DNA from: Candidatus Limnocylindrales bacterium
GTDB lineage: Bacteria; Chloroflexota; Limnocylindria; Limnocylindrales; CSP1-4
DNA length: 64,000 nt
Assembly: GCA_035553915.1 (NCBI GenBank)
Contig: DATMJK010000061.1
Coordinates: 1,107 to 65,106, forward strand
Direction of reading: 5' to 3'
The stretch's first letter is position 1. Every line of letters begins with the position of its first letter. Of this stretch, positions 21,802-33,582 are shown piece by piece. The notes under the pieces were generated by a model. It ran no database searches, had not been told where the DNA came from, and saw only the letters and a list, made by a program, of their open reading frames with translations. Both the position numbers and the translations under genes were made by a program.

Positions 21802-22880
21802 TGACCATGCCCAGCCTTTCGGAGGCCGGCGTTTATGACGCCCTGCGGGCCGTCCAGGAACCCGAGCTCGGCCGCGACATCGTGACCCTCAACATGGTCA
21901 AGGATGTCGAGATCGCAGGCTCCGACGTGTCGCTCAAGATCGAGCTGACCACGCCTGCCTGCCCGCTCAAGGACGAGATCGAGCGCAACGTCCACGCCGC
22001 GCTCTCGGCGATGGGCGCCGGTGAGATCACCGTCACCTGGGGGGCGATGGTCCGTCGTGCCCAGCCGGCCCAGTCGCAGCAGCTGCTGCCTGACGTCAAG
22101 AACATCATCGCCGTTGCCTCGGGCAAGGGCGGCGTCGGCAAGACCACCGTCGCGGCCAACCTGGCCGTGGCGCTGGCGATGGAAGGCGCAAGCGTCGGGC
22201 TGCTCGATGCCGACATCACCGGCCCGAACGTCCCGCTCATGCTCGGCGTGGAGGGCCAGCCGCAGGCCAACGCCGATGGCAAGATCACGCCGCTCGAGCG
22301 TTACGGCGTCAAGGTCATCAGCATCCAGTTCTTCGTCCCTGAGGGCCAGCCCATCGTCTGGCGCGGGCCGCTCGTCGGCGGCGCCATCCAGCAGTTCCTG
22401 CGCGATGTCTCCTGGGGCGAGCTCGACTACCTGGTCATCGACCTACCGCCGGGCACGTCGGACGCGCAGTTGACGCTGGCCCAGGCCGTGCCCATCAGCG
22501 GCGCTCTGCTGGTGACCACGCCGCAGGACGTGGCCGTGCTCGACGTGGGCAAGGCGCTGGCCATGTTCCGGCGCATGAGCGTGCCGGTGATGGGCGTGGT
22601 CGAGAACATGAGCGCCTTCGTCTGCCCGCACTGCGGTGAGGCGACCGAGATCTTCGGCCGCGGCGGAGGGGAGTCGTTCGCCAAGCGCAACGAGCTCGAG
22701 TACTTCGGCGGCATCCCGCTCGATGTCAAGGTCCGCCAGGGAGGCGACGCCGGCGTGCCCGCCGTCGCGCAGCGCGAGCCGGGCCCGGCCGCCGACGTGA
22801 TGCGCGCGCTGGCCCGCACGGTGGCCGCCCGGATGAGCGTTCGTGCCGCCCAGCAGGCACCGGCGATCACGATCAGCTGA
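21801..22880 (+). CDS. apbC: Mrp/ApbC/NBP35-family Fe-S cluster carrier ATPase with N-terminal DUF59
   Basis: The ATG overlaps the CGNR stop by 1 nt (TGATG). DUF59 motif 'VYDALRAVQEPELGRDIVTLNMV'. P-loop 'ASGKGGVGKTT'. 'CPHCG' CxxC motif. Confidence 0.9.
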   Translation: MTMPSLSEAGVYDALRAVQEPELGRDIVTLNMVKDVEIAGSDVSLKIELTTPACPLKDEIERNVHAALSAMGAGEITVTWGAMVRRAQPAQSQQLLPDVKNIIAVASGKGGVGKTTVAANLAVALAMEGASVGLLDADITGPNVPLMLGVEGQPQANADGKITPLERYGVKVISIQFFVPEGQPIVWRGPLVGGAIQQFLRDVSWGELDYLVIDLPPGTSDAQLTLAQAVPISGALLVTTPQDVAVLDVGKALAMFRRMSVPVMGVVENMSAFVCPHCGEATEIFGRGGGESFAKRNELEYFGGIPLDVKVRQGGDAGVPAVAQREPGPAADVMRALARTVAARMSVRAAQQAPAITIS

Positions 22881-22912
22881 AATCGACGCGGAGCCGGTTC
22901 GTCGTAGGACTG

Positions 22913-23254
22913 ATGGCGTGTCTCTTCTCGGGGTGCACACCGATGCCATCCCTAATGGCCAACCATGAGTACCGCGTCTACAACGTGGACGGTCCCACGG
23001 TGGACGTCGTCGTTAATGAGCAATTCGTAAGGCAGTTGCCGTGCGGGACGAGCGTCGAGCTCACGCAACTCGCTCGTATTCCAGCGTTGCCATGGACCAT
23101 CGAGCTTCGACGCGTAGACGGTCGCGCAATCGGGAGGTGGTCGGTCCAGCGCTTGCGGGAGGCGCGACAGCTCGTGTTGCGTGGAGAGGAGGCGCACGAA
23201 TTGCCAATTCCCGCTTCGATTGGGCCGCCTCCACGGCTCCCGTGCCCGGGCTGA
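22913..23254 (+). CDS. hypothetical protein (doubtful)
   Basis: ORF in a lower-GC patch with moderate third-position GC. 'MACLFSGC' could be a short lipobox-like N-terminus. No homology recognised. Confidence 0.25.
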   Translation: MACLFSGCTPMPSLMANHEYRVYNVDGPTVDVVVNEQFVRQLPCGTSVELTQLARIPALPWTIELRRVDGRAIGRWSVQRLREARQLVLRGEEAHELPIPASIGPPPRLPCPG

Positions 23255-23258
23255 TGGA

Positions 23259-24425
23259 TCAGGATTCCATGAGTCTGGTCGCAGCAGATTGGCGCAGCCA
23301 CCGCCAGAGCTCGGCACAGGCGGCAAGGGCGGCGCGGCGATGGCCTTCGGCGCCGGTCAGGAAGGCCCTCCGCTCGGCGCTGTAGACGCCATCTATCGAG
23401 GCGATCGCCAGCTCGACCGCGATATCAACCTCGCCTTCGGTCGCGCGCAGGGCGAGGCCGATGTCGGCGCCCGACACGGCGCGCACCTGTTCTGCCAGTT
23501 CGATCGCAGGCGCGCCGGTGGAGTGGACCTCGCCGCGGACGAGGAAGCCCGACTCGCCCAGCAATGAGATGAGCTGCCCGCCGTTGCCCACCTCGGCGGT
23601 GGCCAGCGTGCGCCCATCGAGCAGCCCGCCGATCACGGCCGGCCAGCCCTGGTCGCCACGGGCAAAGACGTATGGCTCGAGCCGCGGCAGCAGCTCGGCA
23701 ACTGCGGCGGCGACTCGCTCAGCCGCAGCCGGCCCGCGCGCGCTGACGCGCACGTCCACGGCATCTGGGCGCGCGTACGTCGCCACCTCTGGGTCGGACT
23801 GACGGAGCACGTCCTCGCCAATCAGTCCGACCAGCGCCGATTCGCCGATGCCCGTCAGGCGCAGCGTCTCCGCCGCCATCTCGCCGCCTACGCCGCGCTC
23901 GGCCAGACGACGCAACACCTCGGCCTGCCACATCGGCCGCATCTCGCGCGGCGGCCCGGGGAGCGCGACGATCACACGCCCCCGGTCTAGCTCGAGCCAC
24001 CAGCCGGGAGCCGTGCCCTGGACGTTGCGCAGCGGGCTGGCGCCGGGCACGAGCCACGCCTGCTTCACGTTCGAGTCGGGCATCGCCAGGCCGCGCCGGC
24101 GGAATAGCGAGCGCAGCCAGCGCTCGAGCGCCGGGTCGACGGCCGGCGCAAGGCCGGTTGCGGCGGCGATCGCCTCGCGCGTCAGGTCGTCCGGCGTCGG
24201 CCCCAACCCGCCGGTCGAAACGACCAGGTCTGCCTCGACGAGAGCTCGAGCGAAAGCGTCGCGGACGCGCTCCAGCCGGTCGGGCAGCGCTTCGACGCGC
24301 AGCACCTCGACGCCCAGAGCGGTCAGCTCCGTCGCCAGCTCGCCCGAGTTCGTGTCGCGCGTCGAGCCGGTCGTCAGCTCGCTGCCGACGGCGAGGATGA
24401 TCGCGCGGGCGAGCTTGCCGGCCAT
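23259..24425 (-). CDS. cinA: CinA family competence/damage-inducible protein (NMN amidohydrolase PncC domain)
   Basis: Start 'MAGKLARAIILAVGSELTTGST' at 24423-24425 (MoCF-binding-like N-domain). C-terminal CinA domain. The upstream 21 codons of the six-frame ORF are rejected. Confidence 0.9.
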   Translation of the reverse strand: MAGKLARAIILAVGSELTTGSTRDTNSGELATELTALGVEVLRVEALPDRLERVRDAFARALVEADLVVSTGGLGPTPDDLTREAIAAATGLAPAVDPALERWLRSLFRRRGLAMPDSNVKQAWLVPGASPLRNVQGTAPGWWLELDRGRVIVALPGPPREMRPMWQAEVLRRLAERGVGGEMAAETLRLTGIGESALVGLIGEDVLRQSDPEVATYARPDAVDVRVSARGPAAAERVAAAVAELLPRLEPYVFARGDQGWPAVIGGLLDGRTLATAEVGNGGQLISLLGESGFLVRGEVHSTGAPAIELAEQVRAVSGADIGLALRATEGEVDIAVELAIASIDGVYSAERRAFLTGAEGHRRAALAACAELWRWLRQSAATRLMES

Positions 24426-24782
24426 TGCCCAACGATATGCGACCGCGCTTCGCGAGAGCTGCCGCCGCGTGTGCGCGACCGCTGGCATCGGTTAGCTGGC
24501 GGGGAATGATGTTCTTGCCGCGTGTTCGCGTGTGGCCAGCTACCGGCCAGGAAGAGTCGCCCAAGCCCGGCTACGGACAGCCTCGCTGCGCTACGTTCGC
24601 TCCGCCCGAACATGCGGCCAGCGGATGGCTCCGTGTGACCGCTGCGCCGGACAAAGGTGGCCGTTACTTCGCGGGGCGCGAACAAGCGTCGACATCGGCC
24701 CGCCCTCTGGTGCCGCGATGCCGCCGAAGCGGGGCTTGCACCCAACCCGCAGGCTGCGCTTGACGATGCCACAGTCGTTGTG

Positions 24783-26532
<1,750 letters not shown>

Positions 26533-26602
26533 CCCCAGCCCATAGCGGGACGAACGGCAGGCTTGACGGAGCAGCTGCCCGCTTGCCCATACTGTCCGCA
26601 CC

Positions 26603-27241
26603 ATGGCTGACGTCCTGGCCAGCGGCTTCGCCGACTTCGATCGTCTCGCGCTGCTCTACCGCCGGACGTTGGAGGTGCTCGACGAGCTGAGCGTGACCGG
26701 CGACCTGCCGGCGGACGGACCCGAGATCCTGGCCACGCAGACGCTGCCCCACGTGGAAGACATGGAGACGGGCTTCCGCCTCTGGCTGCGGACCAACGAT
26801 GCCGACCGGGCCGAGCTGCGGGCAATGGTCGCGCGCAGCGGCATGCCCGCCGAGCCGGTTACCGCCGCCGAGCGGCGAGCGGCGCTGATCGAGGCCATGA
26901 ACCTCGTCGCCGGCGCCTGGCGTACCGGCCGCGGGCCACAGATCGAGCTCGCTCCGGCGGCCTCGCTGGCGGCGCTCGAGATCTGCCGGCTGGTGTTGGC
27001 GCTGCTGCCGACCACGCCGGCTGAGGACGTCCATTACCCGGCCGGCCGGCGGACCTATGCCGACATCTCCGCCCCGCGCCGCCCGGCCGAGCTGGTCGAG
27101 CGAATCGAGGAGCTCGAGGGCAGCCTGTGGCGGGTGGCGACCGGGCGGCCGTTGCGCCTGTCTGATGCGCGCTACCGCCGCACGTACGGGTTCTTCGATA
27201 CGGCCGTGAGGCTCGTCGGCCGCGGGTTCATGCTCGCCTGA
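26603..27241 (+). CDS. hypothetical protein (212 aa)
   Basis: Clean ORF with high third-position GC. No motif recognised. Confidence 0.5.
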   Translation: MADVLASGFADFDRLALLYRRTLEVLDELSVTGDLPADGPEILATQTLPHVEDMETGFRLWLRTNDADRAELRAMVARSGMPAEPVTAAERRAALIEAMNLVAGAWRTGRGPQIELAPAASLAALEICRLVLALLPTTPAEDVHYPAGRRTYADISAPRRPAELVERIEELEGSLWRVATGRPLRLSDARYRRTYGFFDTAVRLVGRGFMLA

Positions 27242-27533
27242 TAGGCGCCGCTGCTATCCTGCGAATCAGGAACGGCCGAGTCGAATCTGCCCGCGGCCCC
27301 ATCCCAGACCGGCCCTGTCTGCCGCGGCCGCCTAACAAGCCTCGAGGTCACCACTGACGAGTCAGCCTGACCGGACGCCTCAATCCGGCCCCGGACCCGC
27401 ACCCAACTACTCGGAAGCACCCGGCCTGGCCGAGCAGCTTCGGCGTACGCGCGCCTCCTTCGGGCGCCTCCTCCGGGCGCACGTCACGCTTTTCAAGGCC
27501 GAGATCGGCGAGATCCTGTCGCTCGCAGGCAGC

Positions 27534-28214
27534 ATGGCCATGAAGGCGGGCATGGTGCTCGGTCTGCTGCTGCTGATGGGCATCATGCTCTACGTCGGCG
27601 GGCTGCTGTTCCTGGGCGAGTGGCTCTTCGGCTCGCTCGGCTGGGGCCTTGCCCACGGCGTGCTGTTGCCGGTCGCGGTCAGCGTTGCGCTCGGGCTGGG
27701 CATCGTCGGCGGCACGCGCGGACCGGCGCTGGTCAGCCTGTTCGTGGCCCTGCTGCTGGCCGTGGGTGTGGCGCTGTTGCTCGGGACGAACGTCGCGTGG
27801 CAGACGGCTGACTACGTCACGGCCGGGCTCGAGCCGCCGCTCAGCGGTGCAGGCGCGATCGGAGCGATCGCCGGCGCGATCATCGTCGGGCTGCTGCTCG
27901 CCGTGCTGATCGGCCGGCTGGGCGGCGTCGGCGGCGTCATATTCGGGCTGGTGCTTGGCGCGGTCATCGGCGCGCTGATCGGCTTCGCCTTCACCGCTGG
28001 CGAGTGGAGCTGGGGCCCCGCGATCGGCCTAGCCATCGTCCTCGGGTTGATCGCCTGGCCGCTGGTCAACTTCGCCCTGACCTGGCCGCGCCTGGACCTG
28101 GAGGCACACTTCGCTCGGCTCAAGCCGACGCAGTCCATGGAAGCAGTAACCGAGACACGTGAATGGTTGGAGAAGCAATGGCAGAGTCGGTCGCCGCTGC
28201 GCGGCAGGAAGTAG
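27534..28214 (+). CDS. Holin-X (holin superfamily III, Phage_holin_3_6-like) family membrane protein; N-terminus probably extends upstream
   Basis: Gly/Ala/Leu-rich TM helices. The in-frame upstream sequence (27336-27533, no stop) encodes 'AEQLRRTRASFGRLLRAHVTLFKAEIGEILSLAG', which matches the conserved amphipathic N-terminus of this family, but there is no ATG/GTG/TTG. Confidence 0.7.
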   Translation: MAMKAGMVLGLLLLMGIMLYVGGLLFLGEWLFGSLGWGLAHGVLLPVAVSVALGLGIVGGTRGPALVSLFVALLLAVGVALLLGTNVAWQTADYVTAGLEPPLSGAGAIGAIAGAIIVGLLLAVLIGRLGGVGGVIFGLVLGAVIGALIGFAFTAGEWSWGPAIGLAIVLGLIAWPLVNFALTWPRLDLEAHFARLKPTQSMEAVTETREWLEKQWQSRSPLRGRK

Positions 28215-28708
28215 CCAACTCCCGGCTCGCCGCCGAGGCCGAGCTGGACGAGATTGCGGACGCCGCACGGGCGGCGGTCGATATCCCGAGCAAGCTGCGT
28301 CGCGAGCCGCTCAAGTACGGCGGGCTCGGTGCCGGCGCGGTGTTCCTCGCGATCGGCGGCCCGAAGCGACTCTTCAAGGCCGTCGAGAAGCGGGCCTTTC
28401 CGAAGCGCCACGTGCGTAGCCTGACGCCCAAGGAGGTCGAGCGGTCGATCGAGCACCTACCCGAGGAAGACCGCGCTGAGGTACGTGCGCACCTGGATCG
28501 CGACTTCGCCGCCTACCTGCGCCGAGAGCACCCCAAGCACGAGCCAAACGCCCGCCGCTCGCTCTGGGGCACCTACGACACGGCCATGGCGATCATCGGC
28601 GCGGCCGCCGCGCGCGAGCTGGCGCGCCGCTTCTTCGCTCCGCCGGGCGATCGCCGCGTCCAGCCGCGCAAGGGCCCGCCCGCCGGCGAGGACGGCCTGG
28701 GCCTCTAG
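28178..28708 (+). CDS. DUF3618-like protein (frequent partner of Holin-X genes)
   Basis: 'MAESVAAARQEVANSRLAAEAELDEIADAARAAVDIPSKLRREPLKYGGLGAGAVFLAIG' is a coiled N-terminus plus one TM, as in DUF3618. Overlaps the Holin-X gene end by 37 nt. Alternative ATG at 28163. Confidence 0.65.
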   Translation: MAESVAAARQEVANSRLAAEAELDEIADAARAAVDIPSKLRREPLKYGGLGAGAVFLAIGGPKRLFKAVEKRAFPKRHVRSLTPKEVERSIEHLPEEDRAEVRAHLDRDFAAYLRREHPKHEPNARRSLWGTYDTAMAIIGAAAARELARRFFAPPGDRRVQPRKGPPAGEDGLGL

Positions 28709-28747
28709 CCCCGCGGCAGAGAGCTGCGCCTTATGCTGGCGCCGCGC

Positions 28748-28835
28748 GGGCGAGTGGTGGAACGGTAGACACGCCAGCCTTAGGAGCTGGTGCCGCGTAA
28801 GCGGCGTGTCGGTTCGAATCCGACCTCGCCCACCA
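28748..28835 (+). tRNA. tRNA-Leu (anticodon TAG), class II with long variable arm
   Basis: Acceptor GGGCGAG/CTCGCCC, discriminator A, encoded CCA. Anticodon stem CCAGC/GCTGG with loop CTTAGGA. Variable arm TGCCGCGTAAGCGGCG. T-arm GTCGG-TTCGAAT-CCGAC. 88 nt. Confidence 0.85.
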
Positions 28836-28841
28836 GTCCGC

Positions 28842-29627
28842 TCATGGCGCCGCGGTGGCCCGGCGCGCGATGGTCGCCGCGTCGACCACTCCTCGGACGG
28901 TGATGCCGTCAGGTGAGACCCACGCGTCCGTCAGGCGCCACGGGTCGGAGGGCGCCGGCTGGATGAGTAGCACGGCCGGGGCACCGGCGACCGGGCGCAG
29001 CACCAGCGCCCCGCCTTCCACGGCCACGCCCGCCCTCGCGGTCATGCCACCCAGGGTCACCCGCATGTCACCATCGACGAACTCGACACGGTCCAGGGCA
29101 ACCCCCGCCCGGCGCGCGGCCTGGCGGACGATGTCAGCGCCCTGGGCGGGAGTGAAGTGGCCGCTCACCGCGGCAGCCTCGGACGGCCCGTCGATCTCCA
29201 TTCGTGCCATGGCCACCCGGATGCCGCCCGCCGTCAGCTCGACATCGCGCAGGTTGCCGCGCACGGCGGCGAAGCTCCTGTCGAAGTAGGAAGCGTCGAT
29301 GAGCGTCAGGTCGATGCCGCCGACCGTCGCCGGGCCGATGGTCACGCCCCGGCCTTCGATGCGCAGCTGCCCGGCGCGGCCCTCGATGATCGACGGGTCG
29401 AACATGCCGATCGTCACGTTCAGCTCGCCGCCGTGCACGCCGGCATCGCGCACCATCCGCGTCAGGAAGGGCGAGGCAAGCGCCGGCAGGGCCACCACCA
29501 CGATCAGCGCGACGACGACCCCGAAGAACAGCGCGAAGCGAACGAAGCCAATCACGGACGGTGCAAGGCTAGACGGCCGGCGCCGAATGCGCTGGCCGGT
29601 GGTGGTTCCTATACTTGGCCATCCCAT
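28842..29627 (-). CDS. membrane-anchored hypothetical protein (N-terminal TM, beta-rich ectodomain)
   Basis: Start '[47 protein letters not shown]' at 29625-29627. The upstream 55 codons are rejected. Alternative GTG start at 'VIGFVRF'. Confidence 0.55.
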   Translation of the reverse strand: MGWPSIGTTTGQRIRRRPSSLAPSVIGFVRFALFFGVVVALIVVVALPALASPFLTRMVRDAGVHGGELNVTIGMFDPSIIEGRAGQLRIEGRGVTIGPATVGGIDLTLIDASYFDRSFAAVRGNLRDVELTAGGIRVAMARMEIDGPSEAAAVSGHFTPAQGADIVRQAARRAGVALDRVEFVDGDMRVTLGGMTARAGVAVEGGALVLRPVAGAPAVLLIQPAPSDPWRLTDAWVSPDGITVRGVVDAATIARRATAAP

Positions 29628-31080
29628 GGCAAGCACGCCGGCAGACGGCATCAGGGTCACCACGCGCGCGGCCGAGCGGCGCTCGGTCGTGCTCGAGGTC
29701 GAGCTCGCCCCCGAGCGGGTCCGCCGCTCGGTCGACGAATCGGTCCGCCACCTGGCTCGCCGGACCAAGGTCCCAGGCTTCCGGCCGGGCAAGGCGCCTC
29801 GGCCGCTGGTCGAGCGCGCCCTGGGCGTCCGGCGCGACGACCCGGCCGCGCCAAACCCGGTCTACGACGATGCCAAGGAGCACCTGTTCGAGCAGTCCGT
29901 GCTGCAGGCCGTCGAGCAGGAGGAGCTCGACGTGCTGTCGATCCCCGAGCCGGAGTGGACGGCCTTCGAGGAGGCAACGGGCGCGGCATATCGCGTGACG
30001 CTCACGTTGCGCCCGCACGTCGAGCTGGGCGCCTACACCGATTACCCGTTCAAGATCGAGATCGAGGAGACCGACGACGCGCGTATCGACAAGGTCGTCG
30101 AGCAGCTGCGCGACCAGCAGGCCAGCCTGGTGCCGGTCGAGGAGCGAGCGGCGCAGAAGGGCGACTACGCGGTCATCGGCTACGTCGGTCGGCGCGACGG
30201 GCAGCCGATCGAGGGCGCGCAGGCGGAGCGTCTGCCGCTCGTCATCGGCAATGAGAACACGATCCCAGGGTTCGAGGAGCAGCTGGTCGGGATGCGCGAG
30301 GGCGAGACGAAGACCTTCAGCCTGGCCTTCCCGGACGACTACCCGCAGGCTGAGCTGGCCGGCCAGGCGGTCGACTTCGAGGTAGAGCTGCGCGAGCTGC
30401 GCGAGAAGCGGCTGCCGGATGCGGACGACGACTTCGCCCAGTCGCTGGGCGACTACGCTGATCTCGCCGCATTGCGCGAGGAGATCGGCCGGCGGCTGGA
30501 GCGCAGCTCGCTCGACCGAGCACGCCACCGTTTCGCTGACCGGATCATCGAGTTCGCCGTCGCCAACGCCACGGCTGAGGTTCCCGACCTGCTGGTCGAT
30601 CGCGAGATCGAGATCATGCTCGACGAGCTGCGCGTCCGCGCCGCCGAGCAGGGCATCGGCTTCGAGGAGTACCTGCGCGCGACGGAGCGTTCTGAGGATG
30701 ACCTGCAGCGCGACTTCCGCCCGGATGCGGAGAAGCGGGTCAAGACGCTGCTCGTGCTGTCCGAGGTCGCCGAGCGCGAGGGCATCGAGGTCAGCGACGC
30801 GGACCTGGAGGCAGAGCTGGCCCGCTCGCGCGAGCGCTACGCCGGCAACCAGAGCCTGCTCGGCTACCTCGATTCGCCGCGCGGCAGGGCCTACACTCGC
30901 TCACTCCTGCGTCGCGCCCAGACGGTCGAGACGCTGATCGATCGCTGGATCGAGGCCCACCCGGAGTTCAGCCACGTGCAGCACCTGCACGATGACCATT
31001 CGGGCCACGACCACCCGGCGGCCGAGCCCCAGACGGGCCGCGGCGACCGCCAGCAACGCCACAGGAAGGGGAAACGCTGA
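29626..31080 (+). CDS. tig: trigger factor
   Basis: '[32 protein letters not shown]...' is the ribosome-binding N-domain, followed by a PPIase (FKBP-like) middle and a C-terminal arm. Located directly upstream of clpP-clpX. Confidence 0.9.
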   Translation: MASTPADGIRVTTRAAERRSVVLEVELAPERVRRSVDESVRHLARRTKVPGFRPGKAPRPLVERALGVRRDDPAAPNPVYDDAKEHLFEQSVLQAVEQEELDVLSIPEPEWTAFEEATGAAYRVTLTLRPHVELGAYTDYPFKIEIEETDDARIDKVVEQLRDQQASLVPVEERAAQKGDYAVIGYVGRRDGQPIEGAQAERLPLVIGNENTIPGFEEQLVGMREGETKTFSLAFPDDYPQAELAGQAVDFEVELRELREKRLPDADDDFAQSLGDYADLAALREEIGRRLERSSLDRARHRFADRIIEFAVANATAEVPDLLVDREIEIMLDELRVRAAEQGIGFEEYLRATERSEDDLQRDFRPDAEKRVKTLLVLSEVAEREGIEVSDADLEAELARSRERYAGNQSLLGYLDSPRGRAYTRSLLRRAQTVETLIDRWIEAHPEFSHVQHLHDDHSGHDHPAAEPQTGRGDRQQRHRKGKR

Positions 31081-31757
31081 TGCTCGTCCCGATGGTCATC
31101 GAGAGCTCGAGCCGCGGAGAGCGCGCCTACGACATCTACAGCCGGCTGCTCAAGGACCGGATCATCTTCCTCGGCGACGCGATCGAGGACCACATGGCCA
31201 ACCTGATCATCGCCCAGCTGCTCTTCCTCGAGGCCGAAGACCCCGAGAAGGACATCAGCCTGTATATCAACTCGCCCGGCGGCGTGGTCACCGCGGGGCT
31301 CGCCATCTACGACACGATGCAGTACCTTCGTGCGCCGGTGAACACGATCTGCATCGGCATGGCCGCTTCGATGGCCTCAGTGCTGCTGGCTGCCGGCGCG
31401 AAGGGCAAGCGCTACGCGCTGCCCAACAGCCGGATCATGATCCACCAGGGATCCGGTGGCTTCCGCGGCAACACCCCTGACGTGATGATCCAGGTCAAGG
31501 AGCTCGAGGCGCTAATCAAGCTCAACCACGAGATCCTCGCGCGGCACACCGGCCAGCCGGTCGAGAAGATCGTCCGTGACACTGAACGGGACCTTTTCAT
31601 GTCCCCCGAGGACGCCAAGGCGTATGGCATCATCGACGAGGTGTACTCGACACCTGATCAGTCGCTGATCAGCGAGGCACGCTCCCGCGGCGCCTTGGGC
31701 GGCGAGGGCAGCACCGAGCCCGCTGACGACAGCGGGCCACGACCGGCCAAGGGCTGA
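31080..31757 (+). CDS. clpP: ATP-dependent Clp protease proteolytic subunit
   Basis: '[42 protein letters not shown]' with catalytic Ser and His context. 1-nt overlap with the tig stop. Confidence 0.95.
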   Translation: MLVPMVIESSSRGERAYDIYSRLLKDRIIFLGDAIEDHMANLIIAQLLFLEAEDPEKDISLYINSPGGVVTAGLAIYDTMQYLRAPVNTICIGMAASMASVLLAAGAKGKRYALPNSRIMIHQGSGGFRGNTPDVMIQVKELEALIKLNHEILARHTGQPVEKIVRDTERDLFMSPEDAKAYGIIDEVYSTPDQSLISEARSRGALGGEGSTEPADDSGPRPAKG

Positions 31758-31798
31758 GCGCAGCTAGGGCCGCAGGAAAGGGACGGAAGGTAGCTCGG

Positions 31799-33100
<1,302 letters not shown>

Positions 33101-33157
33101 CGGGGCCCAAGGCTCAGCGCGAGCCGCGCGGGTCCGCGCGACTCGCAGCATGGACGG

Positions 33158-33409
33158 TCAGGCGACCTCGACTGGAAGCTCGTAGACCTCAGCCGTGGGA
33201 TGCCCGGCCCGCTCGTGGATGCGCATGACCGCCTCCTTTGACGGCGCAGTCGAGAGACAGAAGACCTTGCCCTGCTCGGGATCCAGCCAGGCGCGCTCGA
33301 AGTGCACGCCTTCCTCGCCTTCGATCTCGAGGTCGCGAGCGTGAGCCTCCTCGAGCTGCTGTTGGGTCACGCCGAAGAAGCCCGAATGAACGTCCATGAA
33401 CTTGGCCAA
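33158..33409 (-). CDS. DUF4242 family protein
   Basis: '(M)AKFMDVHSGFFGVTQQQLEEAHARDLEIEGEEGVHFERAWLDPEQGKVFCLSTAPSKEAVMRIHERAGHPTAEVYELPVEVA' matches the DUF4242 consensus 'MPKFMDVH...'. TTG start at 33407-33409; alternative ATG at 33395-33397. Confidence 0.65.
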   Translation of the reverse strand: MAKFMDVHSGFFGVTQQQLEEAHARDLEIEGEEGVHFERAWLDPEQGKVFCLSTAPSKEAVMRIHERAGHPTAEVYELPVEVA

Positions 33410-33582
33410 CGTCCAGTCCTCCTGTCCCTGGGCCCGCTGATGCGGCCCTTGCCACGGACCATCGCAGGGCCCGCCGCGCACGCCATCGGTCATACGACCT
33501 ACCGGCCGCTGGGCCCGCGCTAGACTGCCTGCACGCCGAGGCAGGGGAGGGCACAGCACTGGCAGACCGCATCGGCCCCCTC

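Noticed and set aside
27242-28900. Prophage or integrative element at tRNA-Leu, suggested by the adjacent 'phage holin' family gene
   Set aside because: No integrase, excisionase, terminase, capsid genes or direct repeat of the tRNA 3' end are present. The Holin-X/DUF3618 pair is a conserved chromosomal family in high-GC Gram-positives.
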